NCBI RefSeq assembly: GCF_006345805.1
Contig: NW_021835996.1
Span: 434,001-498,000 of the forward strand
DNA length: 64,000 nt
Origin: Octopus sinensis
Lineage: Eukaryota
Direction: 5' to 3'
Shown: in pieces, positions 26,440 to 38,352 of the stretch
How positions within the stretch are numbered: position 1 is the stretch's first letter
Layout of the letters: every line of letters starts with the position of its first letter
Translations under genes and position numbers: made by a program
The notes under the pieces: generated by a model
Database searches by the model: none
The model's input: the letters and a program-made list of their open reading frames with translations, nothing else
What the model was told of the DNA's origin: nothing

Positions 26440-27300
26440 TCACCGAGTATTTGAAACAAACAAGGGCACCCTCCAAGGAGACGCCTTATCCCCGGTCTTA
26501 TTCATCGTATATCTGGAGGCGACCCTACGAAATGTCAGGAATAATATCCCCAGACATATTACAGAAGTCACCTTTGCAGATGACATAGATTTCACGGCAA
26601 CAGAGCGCCAAATAGAAGGTGCTATGGACAAATTGGCAAACACTTTTGAAAAATCATTCCTAAAAATTAACACTGAGAAAACAGAATACAATATAGTGAG
26701 GCGATGTGACGAACAACACGAGGAAAAATGGAGGCATACAAAGAAACTTGGCACTCTCTTAGGAGATACAGAAGACATGATACGAAGAAAATCACTTGCA
26801 ACTTTCGCGCTCAAGAGATTAAACAACATATGGTTGAGAGGCAAACAAATTTTTGCGTCTTTAAAAATCAAACTTTACAATATGTTCGTAAAACCAGTCC
26901 TACTGTACAACTCCTCCTCTTGGACACTCACAGTGCAGGAAATGGAAAATCTCAATTCCTTCCACAGAATGCAGCTGAAATACATCCTAGGAATCTTTTG
27001 GTCAAAACGAATTTCAAACAAACATCTCTACTCAAGGTACAATGCACACCCGTTGGACGAAGAAATAAGAAGCAATAGATGGGGCTTATTCGGTCACATC
27101 CTAAGAATGGACAGGAATACTCCTGCAAATCTCGCAATGGAACACCACTACGCCCCAAACCCGGGAACAAACTTTCGAGGAAGACCACGAATCACTCTAC
27201 CAACTCTTCTGCACCAGGACCTAACTTTGATTGGAAAAAGACTGAAATCAGCAGACGATCTTGAGCACTTGAGAGAACTATCGAGGAACCGCCTGAGCAT
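26440..27300 (+). mobile_element. RTE-like retrotransposon, RT/C-terminal fragment
   Basis: GTLQGDALSPVLF, FADD, WRHTKKLGTLLGD, RWGLFGHILRM and RGRPRITL. Confidence 0.9.
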
Positions 27301-27924
27301 ATTTCAGGTAGAAAGTCTCGATTACCTAGAGAACAAAAACTTTGTTATTCTCGACTCTAGCATACTTCTCATATTTTTTTCGCTCAGCTTGTTCAGATGG
27401 GGCTGCAGGATCTTCGATTGATAATTTTATATTCTGATTTTAATTTGAGTGCGGAAAGTGTTAAAGGGCTGTATGGAAAGCTTCCTAGTTCCGAAGATAT
27501 GCATTTCCTTCGATGTATTTTGTCCGTACTTATCGCTTTATTCTTTTAGCTTCAGATGCATTAGTAGGCTTTCTTCGGTACAAAAGCAATGGACAAATTC
27601 GAGATTAGATATGAATCGGACATCGACGCCTTAATAACGTTAAAATTGCAAAAACTAGTTGCAACCTAATAATATAATGATATAGGAACTTTGGGATTCT
27701 ATCCTTTCTTGTAATTTCGGATATGAAATTTTTTGCAAACATTAACTTCATTCATTCAGCATTAAAAAAGTTTTAGTTGTGTTAATTGGCAATGTGCATG
27801 ACAAGAATGACTCAGCAAAGTCTAGGCAACCCCAACAACCCTTGGGCCAATCAATCCTCTCATTAAGACTAACTATATTCATCATGAATAGAAATCAGAT
27901 ATTAAGAGCAACAAGATTAATAAA

Positions 27925-30267
27925 TTAATTGTCACAACAGAGAACAAGGGCTACTCTTGAAGGAATATAGACCTAATTTTCCAATCAATCATGAGCATAC
28001 AAAAACACAGTTGGGCTGACTATCAAAAATTTCATTACTAGTGAAAATGGGCAATGATATGTCCACTCTTCCATATCCTCCGTATTTAGAGTCGTCGGAG
28101 CTGAGAATGATTCGATAGCTTTAAATAATGTAATGAAATACCTTCCGGCATGAGGGACTCCGATCTTGTAATCGGTGTAACTCTGATGCGGATGGAAATT
28201 AAATATAAACACCAATCCAGCACGATTACAGACAAAAATCTTGTCATCCTCGTGATGGCGACTCACATAGGCCTAAAACAATAACCAAGACGATCCAACA
28301 GGCCCGGAAGCTAATAACTGAAAATTCTCGTCAACAGCATTTTTATCACGTTCAAATGCATTTAAGAATCGGTACCGCAAATACTCGCTGTCCACCAAAT
28401 TGAACTGTCTTCTTGCATAGTGAAAGCTGTTATTATTTCCAAAACGAGGGAAATCTAGCCACTCTGGGTGACCAAACTCATTTCCTGAAACATTAGTGAC
28501 TACTATTGTCATACCAATAAAATTGAGATATCCCTCTCCGCCCACAGCGTGAGTAATAAGACGAATTAGTTTATGAAGAGCCATTCCACGGTCAATGATA
28601 ATCGAGGGAGACTGGTTTGTGGACATGTTGAAATACATTTCCTTATCCATCAGCCAGAAAGCAATCGATTTATCACCCACAATGGCTTGGTCGTGGCACT
28701 CTGCATAAGATATGCACTTTTCCCCAAAACGTCGATTTGTGAGAGTATGAAAGAAATGTCCCATGCTCCAGTCCTCATCGCGGATTTCCTTCAGCATCCT
28801 TATCCACATGTCCGGAATAGCCATCGCCAGTCTGTAGTCAAACCCAATTCCTCCCTCTTCGACAGGACGACACAACGTTGGCATCCCAGAAACGTCCTGA
28901 CAAATACAGAAAAATAGGAAAACCTCAGCAATCGTGACTATAAAGTCAGGATATAACTTGTGGAGAATAGAGTTGGCCATCATCAGGTACAGAATTGACT
29001 GAAGATCGCAGTTATCTCCAAAGTACTCGTCATAGTGACCACTGAATCCGTGGCCTATTCCGTGGGAATGGTACAGCATTGAGGTTATCCCGTCAAAACG
29101 GAATCCGTCGAACCGAAATTCTTCCACCCAAAACCGCAGATTCGACAAAAGAAACCGAAGTACTTCCAAACTGGCAATTAATAGTAAAAAACACTTTTGA
29201 TAATCGAACAACCGACTGTCCCATAATCCGTGATATCCACGGGGCCCTCTGTTGAAAAAACAAGTTTCAGTTCCATCAAAAAGATTGATTCCGTCGGCGA
29301 CATTCCGCGATGCGTGACTGTGAACGAGGTCTAAGTAAACTTGTATTCCCATTTCGTGAGCACAGTCGACCAATTCCCTCAGCTCGTCGGGAGTTCCAAA
29401 TCGACTGAAGCAGTTAAAAGACAAATAAGAAAGAACCCAACCTTGAAGAGGCAAAAAAGCTAGTGATTTGATACCCAAAACTGGCATAATAGGCATGCTC
29501 CATAACGGCCATAATCTGAATGGCGTTGAAACCTAATTGGATACCAAAAGAGTAAAAACCCAGATTCTTGATTCGAGGAAGCACATCAATCCTGAAATGA
29601 TTGTACGTCGACACATGTTTCTCAGGAGAAGCGATCCCAATGTGGCATTCGTAGATACGTAAGGAGTTTGGTCGAGGTGGGTGTGAGTGCTTCATGACGT
29701 ACGGAGAGGGTGGGTTCCAAATGAGGTTTTGGTAGATCACTTCATTAGGTTTGCAGGCGACATATCGCGCCCATGGGTCAATCCTATCAAAATACGTTCC
29801 ATCAGAGGAGACCAGTCCCAACTATAAAATTACTGCCCAAGATAACTTTGATGTTGGAAAGGTGTTTTGTCAAGTTTTCGTCGCCAGTGATTTTAAGGTG
29901 GAAATGTCCAACACCTTTTTTGGTAAATGGATGAGAACGTCTGTTCCAATTATCTATTTCACTGGTAATCGACACGTAACTGAAGTCTCCGTGCAAGTAT
30001 ACTTCGCTTGCACCAGGTGCCCAAATTCGAGCCTCCAGTGTGCCATTTTCTCGAACGTTGATTCCATAGTCTTTATATGACAGAGTAAATCTGTTCAATC
30101 CGCCGGGATGCTTCTTTAGATTCCTGAATAGCTCGATATAGCAAATGTATCTAAAGGTGTGCCTTCGTTTAATACCTCCGTCTTATTACTTCTTTGTATT
30201 TCCTGAGATATCCATCAATTTCAAAGAGATTCTCAATCTGAGGAGGCAACAGGTCTGGCAAGTCCAT
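27925..30267 (-). CDS. GBE1: 1,4-alpha-glucan branching enzyme (GH13)
   Basis: MDLPDL...[60 protein letters not shown]|[26 protein letters not shown] and [11 protein letters not shown]-stop. Confidence 0.97.
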
Positions 30268-30467
30268 AAAAATTCAATATCAAACATTTATTATAAATGT
30301 TTATTTATATGTATTTTAAATTATAGTGATAAATTTGCAATTTCCCATAAACAAATTATTTAAAAGATAGATTCAAAAAGTGGTTGATAGAAATGTCGTG
30401 GCCTACGTGACTTTGGCTTGTGGTTAGGGTTATACTAGAGAAGGAAAAAGTCAAAAAATAGTATAAA

Positions 30468-31228
30468 TCACATAAATTCATCTGAATCGTTGGAAACCTC
30501 CTATAAAAGTCATCAGCACTCAAATAGACATTATTCGTAAGCATCATATCCTCGACCATCACGGACTTGTACGATCTATAGAAATAAAACAGCTTCCCAG
30601 CAACTCAATGTCACTTCTCAGTCTCGCCTCTCGAATCTTGACCTTCTCCTCTTCTCTCCTCCTCAGCTCGGCAGCACGAGCAAGTTTATGTCTCTCCTCG
30701 TTCTTTTCTTCACTCCATTTTATCATTTCCGTCATTTTAACAGACTTTCGACTTTTATAGAGTCTTCTGATGGTCTGGTTATCACGTGAAACATCGATGT
30801 GGCACAGCATCGATGGGTCGTGGTAGGCAACTTCTCCCGCCTCCATTTTTGAGGTTTTCAGTAGATTAGACCACTTGGTGTACACTACAGATGTAGACGT
30901 CAACTTGCTCCCTCGAATACTGTTTACTTTAGCCAATTGGGAGCAATCTTGGACGAGAGGAAGAGGAATGTCCTCTAAGAATTCAATAGTCTAGAATTGG
31001 ATGATTAGTATTACATTTTTGAGACGTAAATAAACATGTGCAGAAGATAAGTCTGCCACATGGAACCATATATCTTCAATCCATCCATTTCTAATCAGTT
31101 GGTCATCTGATAATTAAGAATATATACTTTCATGCTTATTTTCCCCCATATATATCATATATGTAATATTATCCACTATATTATCAATATTCTTAAATAT
31201 TACCACATGAAACAAATGATAGGACCAT
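30468..31228 (-). CDS. CCDC25: CCDC25 (NFACT-R domain protein)
   Basis: IYMGKNKHE|[38 protein letters not shown] and [12 protein letters not shown]. Ends NDSDEFM-stop, like vertebrate CCDC25. Includes a 21-nt intron. Confidence 0.92.
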
Positions 31229-31692
31229 ATTAGTTAGCAGCCATATTAAAAATAATTCGAAAATCACGTTTGTACAAACTTCCAATTCTTTTTATTTAAA
31301 TGCTTAATTGTGATAGAAATGTTACTAGTTTTTTAGAAAATGAATTGATTCCTGAACTGGTTTTGTCTTGAGAAGTAAATAAATTTATGAAAAGAGGCAT
31401 TTCTTTACTATAAAATATACTAATAATTCAACTTTCTGATCGATAGCCTGAATTAAAAAACGAGATACAGTTTTTTAGCAGATAATTCCAACCTCCACTC
31501 GCCAGGTACACTAGCACTAGACTTAATTGGCTCTATTCGCTAGAAGTTCCTTGTAGTATAAGAAATAAAAACAAAACTACATCACAAAGCACCCTTTTTG
31601 ATGAAGTATCTTTTAAGGATAATTCACTTTTTGATTTTTAAAATAGAATAAATTAATAAAAGGTTCTGTTGTGTGTCTTTGGATTTATTATA

Positions 31693-31953
31693 ATGGGTGA
31701 GAATGTCGTTAGTGAGGAAGAATTAACAAAGTATGATTTATATTAGATTTATCGTAAGATTGGCTATTGAAGAAATTATGCGTGAAACTCAAAGTCGAAA
31801 GGAGAACGTAGAAAAATATGGAGCTGCATATTGGTGACCCATTTATAAATAACATTTTATAGGGTGGCAAACAGACACAAAATTAATAAAACATTTCTGA
31901 AAAATATTGTCCGCAATGCTAAATCTCCTAAGAAACGGTCTAGAAGACGGTAA
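31693..31953 (+). CDS. Small basic protein similar to human POLR1D isoform 2 (not the AC19 polymerase subunit)
   Basis: MGENVVSEEELTK|LAIEEIMRETQSRKENVEKYGAAYW|VANRHKINKTFLKNIVRN..RSRRR, compared from memory with ELERKAIEELLKEAKRGK...GW..TNKRFLINTIKN. Confidence 0.7.
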
Positions 31954-32199
31954 TGCATTCGTTGGTGACTATAATTATTTTTGAATTTTAATCGCTTTTT
32001 TGCTTAATTTATTAAATTAAAACATTTCGGAAACTATTAAAGTCTTTCTAAATAGCTGTATTTGTTTCTCTCGGAAAACTTACGGTTTCTTTACTAAGTC
32101 TCGTACCAATTTCTAAGTGACATGGACTTGATTATTATTCTGGCTGATACGGCCATGTGATTTAATTTGTTTAGAAGAAATTCAAAATGCTCTCCATGC

Positions 32200-32520
32200 T
32201 GTAAATATCTTTTTCGTCCCAAGAAGGAAGGTGGATCTATTGTCACAATTGCGGAATGCAAAAAGATGCGGAAGTACTCCTCACTTACGGAGAAGTTCCA
32301 ATTCCTTCCATTCGCGGTTGAGATTTCCGGTTCCTTGGGCAGTAAGGCAATCAGCTTCGTTCAGGAGATCGGGTCCCGCATGTCTGCTATCACAGGCGAC
32401 GCCCGCGAATCGAGATGGTTTTTCGAGCGGATATCCCTTGCGATAGTACGCTCTAACTCTTTCTCGATCGCGTCGGCTTCCCGCCCATGAAGCTTTTAAT
32501 TAATTAACTTGTAGTTATTA
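32200..32520 (+). mobile_element. 3' fragment of a CRE-like retrotransposon
   Basis: AECKKMRKYSSL..FLPFAVEISGSLG..WFFERISLAIVRSN, followed by an A-rich tail. Confidence 0.85.
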
Positions 32521-33325
32521 TCAAATAGTTTTTAAAAAAAAACAAAGAAGGAAGCTTTTGGGGTGAATTTTCAGATTTTATCGTTTAACCAGACTTGTCT
32601 TTATTTATATATGAATCATATTTTTTTATTATGTCACCGTAGATTATCTTTATCGCATCGGTTATTAGTTCCTAAGAATTTCTTAAGGCTGCTTCCAGGT
32701 CTATGAAAATGAGTGAGACAGTCAATCTTCATGTCCTGCGTAACTTCACATATGGTTTTGTTCTTTAGCAATACTGATTTCGAAAGAATTCTCAAGTAAC
32801 CAAACAATTTATTTCACCAAAAAGTAGCCCTTGTGAGTTATTTCAGTATCTCGAGAAAGCATTGTTGTGAATGAATGTTTAAAGCAGGCCAGTGGCACTA
32901 AAAAGCCGGTCTTAAAATTCAAAATGTGTTTTCTGACTTGCCGACTTGGACCTAATAAAGAATATCAGCTTATTTCCCTTAAGAATGTCAGGGGGAGGTA
33001 ATCTGTGCAGACTGACTATAGTAGAAAGTCAAAGTTTTTTTAATAAAACTAATATTTTAAGCTTGCTCAATTGGGTTTGTTTTAACCTGCAATACAAACT
33101 GCAATGTGCTTTTTCTTGTACATTTCTGTGTTAGGGCAAGGTCATCATCTGCCCCAGTCGAAGAAAACTCACGGACTGTCTGGAAAAGGCTTATTTTCTC
33201 TATCTAAACGATCAATCATTCATGTTCGGGAGCTATTTGTGCTTGGTGTTAAAGTTACTTGAATTTTTAAAAGGATAAATGGAAATCAGACATTTAAACT
33301 TACTAAAATGAGTTACAAGTCCCGA

Positions 33326-33887
33326 TTAATGAGGAGGGAGCTGATTCATGGGACGAACGCCATAGGCATACGAAGGAGGCATTGGAAAACCAGGACGAAC
33401 TATATAATAATCAGAAAATCATGAACCCGGAGGCTGATTCATAAAAGGAGGCATTCCAGGAGGAGGTCTGTTCATGAATCCTCCCATATTGTTCACCATC
33501 GGAGGAGGTTGACTTAAATTGATGGGAGGAGCTCCCGTCAACCAATCAGAGGCTTTCAATTCCCCCATTGGATTAAATTGGAGAAGTGGGTTAGCAATGA
33601 GTAAATGCATTGCAGCTAAAATGGTTGAACGTCAAAGAATACTAGTATTGTCCACCATTTGCTGAACTCTTTCTTGGCGGAGATTCTGGAAGTAATTCCG
33701 GACATTTTCCCTGTGCTTCCTTCCTCCGTTATGGGTCTTTCGAACGGAAGGCTATAGTATTAAGAGATATGACGAATACAGAATCATGAGTTAAATAGAC
33801 ATCACAGTAATCACAGTAGAATCTACAAAGTAAGGTAAATAAGGATTTAAATGATCATATAAAATATTGAATATACCACCTAGGCAT
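33326..33887 (-). CDS. SNRPC: U1 snRNP protein C
   Basis: MPRFYCDYCDVYLTHDS|PSVRKTHNGGRKHRENV (matrin-type zinc finger) followed by a Pro/Met/Gly-rich tail. Confidence 0.95.
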
Positions 33888-34712
33888 TTCACAATAAACA
33901 CTATTTATTAATTAATATTTTTTTTTAATATTTAAAAATATGAATTTTTAATTTAATTTGTTTATTATTTGTTCAACTTTTCAAGGCTATAAACAAACAC
34001 TCACTCTCTTATTATAACTAATACATTGGACTGATGATATTGATTACTGAGAGTTTGTCGAATTCTTATGGACAGTCATATCCATTTAAACCCGACAAAC
34101 AAAGAAAGACATTATCTTCAGAAATTAATTCGGAGGAGGCCTGGCGTCATTTAGTAATAAACGGATAGCATCCTCTTCCAATTTTATGCTGATTTTAAAA
34201 GTAAAGCAAATTACTGCCTAAGAACAGCAGAAATTCTGCGAATCATTAATTCAAAGAAAACACATTTGGCCATTATCGCAGAATTCTTATTTTGAAAATA
34301 CAATGAAAATGTAAATGAATTGACAATATGGGGGGCCCTAAGAGGTTGATGTAACAAATTACTGCAAATTACAGAAATGGAAACTAAATAACTATTAATT
34401 GATGCAAAAAGATTTTTTTCTATGGAAACATAATGTCCTTACTATTTTCGATAGAACACCCAATTCTCCATAGCCAAACAAGATCCATATGTAGAATATG
34501 GCCAAACAGTCTCTATCTGGCGTCAGTGATATCTAGGGTTAGGGGCCTACTCGTGCATTTGTTGTAAATTCCAGCATCCGATATTTTGGCAGGCAAGTGC
34601 ACACCGATAACAGTCTAAGCTTTTTTCTGTGGAACGCATAGACCAAGAGACGAACTCTGATTTGATGACTTTTTCGAGTTGATTTGCAAGTATGCGGATT
34701 TGATGACTATTG

Positions 34713-34943
34713 CTAACAAGTGCTGTCTGTAGCGCACCACTTCTTTATCACCTCAATGTAGGTGTAAAGCCTCATTTCTGAGGCCATCACGTTCTTTGAG
34801 GTGTCAAGGATTAAGACCTCATCTGCATACAAAAACGTTGCCGCACTCGTATGAACCCAAGTCCACCATTGTATAACAGTTTCGATTTCACAAATACATT
34901 GTACATACGCATTCGTAGATTGACATTGAGTCCTTTCAGCCAT
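34713..34943 (-). other. Possible BTB/BACK-domain gene fragment next to an RTE remnant
   Basis: Weak resemblance only (..FLYADEVL..YIEVIKKWC). No complete gene model could be built. Confidence 0.25.
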
Positions 34944-35170
34944 CTCTTTTTGAGTTTTTTATTCGTACTCCAGCAAGTTTTCTGTTATGTACAATTTTAA
35001 AATTTGACTTGTTAAAATTAAAAACCCGTAAAATTTTTATTATTGCTAAAATTCAATTTTTAATATATATAATGATTAACATTATTATTGAATAAAATAA
35101 ATGCTATTAAATTTTTATATTAATGTTTCTATAGAGATCTGTTCATTTAATTCTTATAATTTTAAACTCA

Positions 35171-36204
35171 ATGTTTGGTGATTCTTTGGAGGCAATTTGT
35201 ACACCTAAAAACAATTATTCAATCCCAGGCATTTTTGTAGAAATTTGTTCACTTTTACGCTCAAAAGGTTGTACTTAAAAATCGATTTATGTCTAAATAT
35301 AAAAAATTAACATTTTAATTTAGGTTTTCAATTTCCCGGATTATTCCGTATTGAGGGGCGGAGAGAGGATATTCAAAGTGAAATACAAAGGTTTAATATT
35401 GGGAAAAATTACGATCTGGAAAAACTTGAAATCCCCTTGATTGCGTCATTGATGAAAGCATTCATCAGAGAGTTGTCCTCTCCTTTGATACCCTATGAAC
35501 TGCAGGGCTTGCTGTTAAAAGTGTACGAAAGTAATTGGAGGTTTCACTACATTTCAAGAATACGCCAACAAGGATGCCATGGTCACCAAAATAGGGAAAA
35601 TTCATTATAATTTACTCGCCAAGCCAAACTATCATTTTCTACATTACATATGCTTGTTCTTGAACGAGGCAGTTATGTATGGAGACCTCAACTTGTTGAC
35701 AGTAGAATCAATTGGAATACTTTTTGGTCCTCTCGTATTCAGGTGAAACTAATAATTTTTATTTTTAGATATAATCTGGATAGTTTAGATTTAATACACC
35801 AGATAACAATTTTAAATTCTGTTTTTGGATTTACCGTCAAGTTTTGCTTGCACATATTTTCTCATAAATGTCACGTGAGTTTGGACGAGGAGTTGAGAGT
35901 TATGAACTCGGAAGCGAAAAGTGTTGCCCCTTGTGAATCGAAGTGTCCGGATAAGTTTATTCCCAAGTCTCTTAATTAAAACCATCTATTTTAGAGAAAT
36001 AAATAAAATGGAAATCAAAATAAAAAAGAATAATCTAAAACGTAACACCGACGTAGGAAATTTAGGTTAATAATATTTTTAGAGTTGGAGAAAAATGAGT
36101 ATGGAAACGAAAAGCTCAATCTTGTGGTATTCGAATTATATCCATCAATTTTAGTAATATTATCTGAACTACGGCTGTCACAAATCTACCCTGAACGGCG
36201 TTAA
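35171..36204 (+). CDS. RhoGAP-domain protein (3' end uncertain)
   Basis: MFGDSLEAIC..IPGIFVEIC..G|FQFPGLFRIEG (arginine finger), ASLMKAFIRELSSPLIP, PNYHFLHYICLFL and SIGILFGPLVFR. Confidence 0.85.
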
Positions 36205-36699
36205 AATGTTGAAAATTGATTACATTTCATTAACTTTGAAAAATAAATTATTTATTTAAGTACGTCATCACTTGTTAGGTATTTCAGTAAAAATAAGGAA
36301 CGTAGCAATGTATATGTCCAACAAGAAACAAATGTATTCACTATGATTTCTGTTGGGAATGGTTTTTCAGATGGTGTTTTACAATGTCTTACGTTCTTAA
36401 ATAATTCGATCAATCTTATGGAACCAGGTGGCCTCAATTGTCAGAACTCAGTTGAAAAGAATTATTTATTTCAAATACATAGAAAAAGACTTAATTAAAT
36501 CTTTAGTACCTATGTATTTTTTTAGTTTGAGTTCTGCGTTTTCCGTTTACTTTACACATAACAATAAACTGTATTCTTAATGCTTTCAATCACTCTTGCC
36601 CATCGTCAGAAAATTATCAGGAGTGCGCACCGTAGCTGAGAAAGTGCAACACTAAAATATTAAACACATTTATCTAAGCACATCTTACTATAAATTCGT

Positions 36700-37560
36700 T
36701 GAACTTACTATTCTTTAAACTTAGTAAATTAATTCTTAAGGTATTAGGATTGACTTCCGTCCTCTTCCAAACTATAATATGTGACATGGGCAATGGGTTA
36801 CGCATGGGCAACTGGTTACATTTTTTGACCTTGTAGACGTAAAAATAAAACCCCCTCGGTTTCGATTCAACATTTGCCGGCAATCTGGAGTTCTGCTTTT
36901 TCTGGCCAATCCAGACCTCCTACGACCACTAGCAGCATGAGGTTGTCGTTTGGGTAGAGCCATTGCTCTTGCTTCGAGAAGTAGCAGATGGCGTTGTCCA
37001 GGGGGGTAAAGTTGTTCAGATGACAATTCTTTAGTCAGGATTTCAAGATTTCCTAGAACCGTGGCCAATTCGCCGTATACTAATCGTATGCCACAGGAAA
37101 TTTCCTGGTGATGACTTTCCTTTTGATTCTCACCACGATCGGATTGTGGTCGTTTCTCGTTTCATAGCAGACTGGCCAGTCCGTAGACGATGAAAGAAAT
37201 AAAGAGCATAGAGCTACGTCAGGTGACGTATACTTATCACTCACACTGAGGAGAATCCTTGTGTTACTAGATGGATTGTTCAAAATTGTTAAAGATTCCA
37301 ATTGAGAAAGTAAAAGTTTCTCGCTCGTTTCCGCCGACTGGATGACAGCCATAGGGAATGCTTCGCATTCAAGTCCCCGCATAAGATGGCTTCATCGATA
37401 AATGTCAGTTTAGAGAAATTTGAGATGGTATGGCTTTTGGGCAGGAGCCAGAAAGTGGAATGTACACATTGACCAGCCATAATCGTCCCTACCTTGTACC
37501 AAGTGGGTTTACTTAGTTGGCTTGATTTCAGTGGAACGTTTAATTGAGAATACAATTGGC
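36700..37560 (-). mobile_element. Decayed LINE (APE region), related to the copy at 48780-49800
   Basis: ILCGDLNAKHSLW and DHNPI remnants. Confidence 0.7.
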
Positions 37561-38059
37561 AGGAAAATCAAATCTCAGGAAACATCGAGATACGCAGGTT
37601 TAACTTGGCATCCAGTTAATAAAAGAGCAGCCTTATCATCTAGCGATTCGTGTCACACTTTAAAAAAACCTTCTTACATAAAGATATGAAAAGTTTAATC
37701 CTACTAAGTCGGGATTGTTTTTAAACTTTAAAGACTAGCTAAAAGCACGTTTTTAAATATTTTTTTAAATCAAACTACAATTCTATATAGAAGTGATCCG
37801 AACAAGTTAGGTTTTTATAACATAAAGGCAATTCAGTTAATGTCCCCGATAGTATAAATTTACAAAATCTGACTTGTTCATTTTTTCAATTTTAGATCTA
37901 TTATTCAAAAAAATATCATTTATTTATTATAACTTTTTTAACGTGTTTGATCAAATTAAGTATATTAATTTGAAACATTAACGATATTTTGATTTTTGTA
38001 AAAATATTTGTTATCTAAGTAAAATTTTTTTTTTTTTTAATTATTGAATTAAAAAATTA

Positions 38060-38281
38060 AAATATTCAGAGCTCAAGGACAGGTTCATAGTGCAACCGAT
38101 TATTGTGGAGTCATCTGGAGTCTTCGGTCCGGAATCAATCTCTTTTATTAGGAAACTTGGATCCCTGATCTCGGTTCAGACGAAAGATAGAAGGGAGACC
38201 GAATGGCTGTTTCAACGCCTTTCAACAACCGTTGTCAGGGGTAATAGCCACGCAATCCTTTCTGCTCTTAAGCAACCTTAA
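38060..38281 (+). mobile_element. 3' fragment of a CRE-like retrotransposon, tail-to-tail with the long copy
   Basis: QPIIVESSGVFGPES..RETEWLFQRLSTTVVRGN. Confidence 0.85.
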
Positions 38282-38352
38282 TTAACATATTGAAAATAAT
38301 TCTTTAATTTTTTGTTTTTTAAAAAAAAAAAATAAAAATATTATTGAAATGA

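Noticed and set aside
32560-33300. Possible operon partner downstream of SNRPC
   Set aside because: Stops occur in all frames, and LIFIDLEAA suggests a decayed LINE RT rather than a gene.
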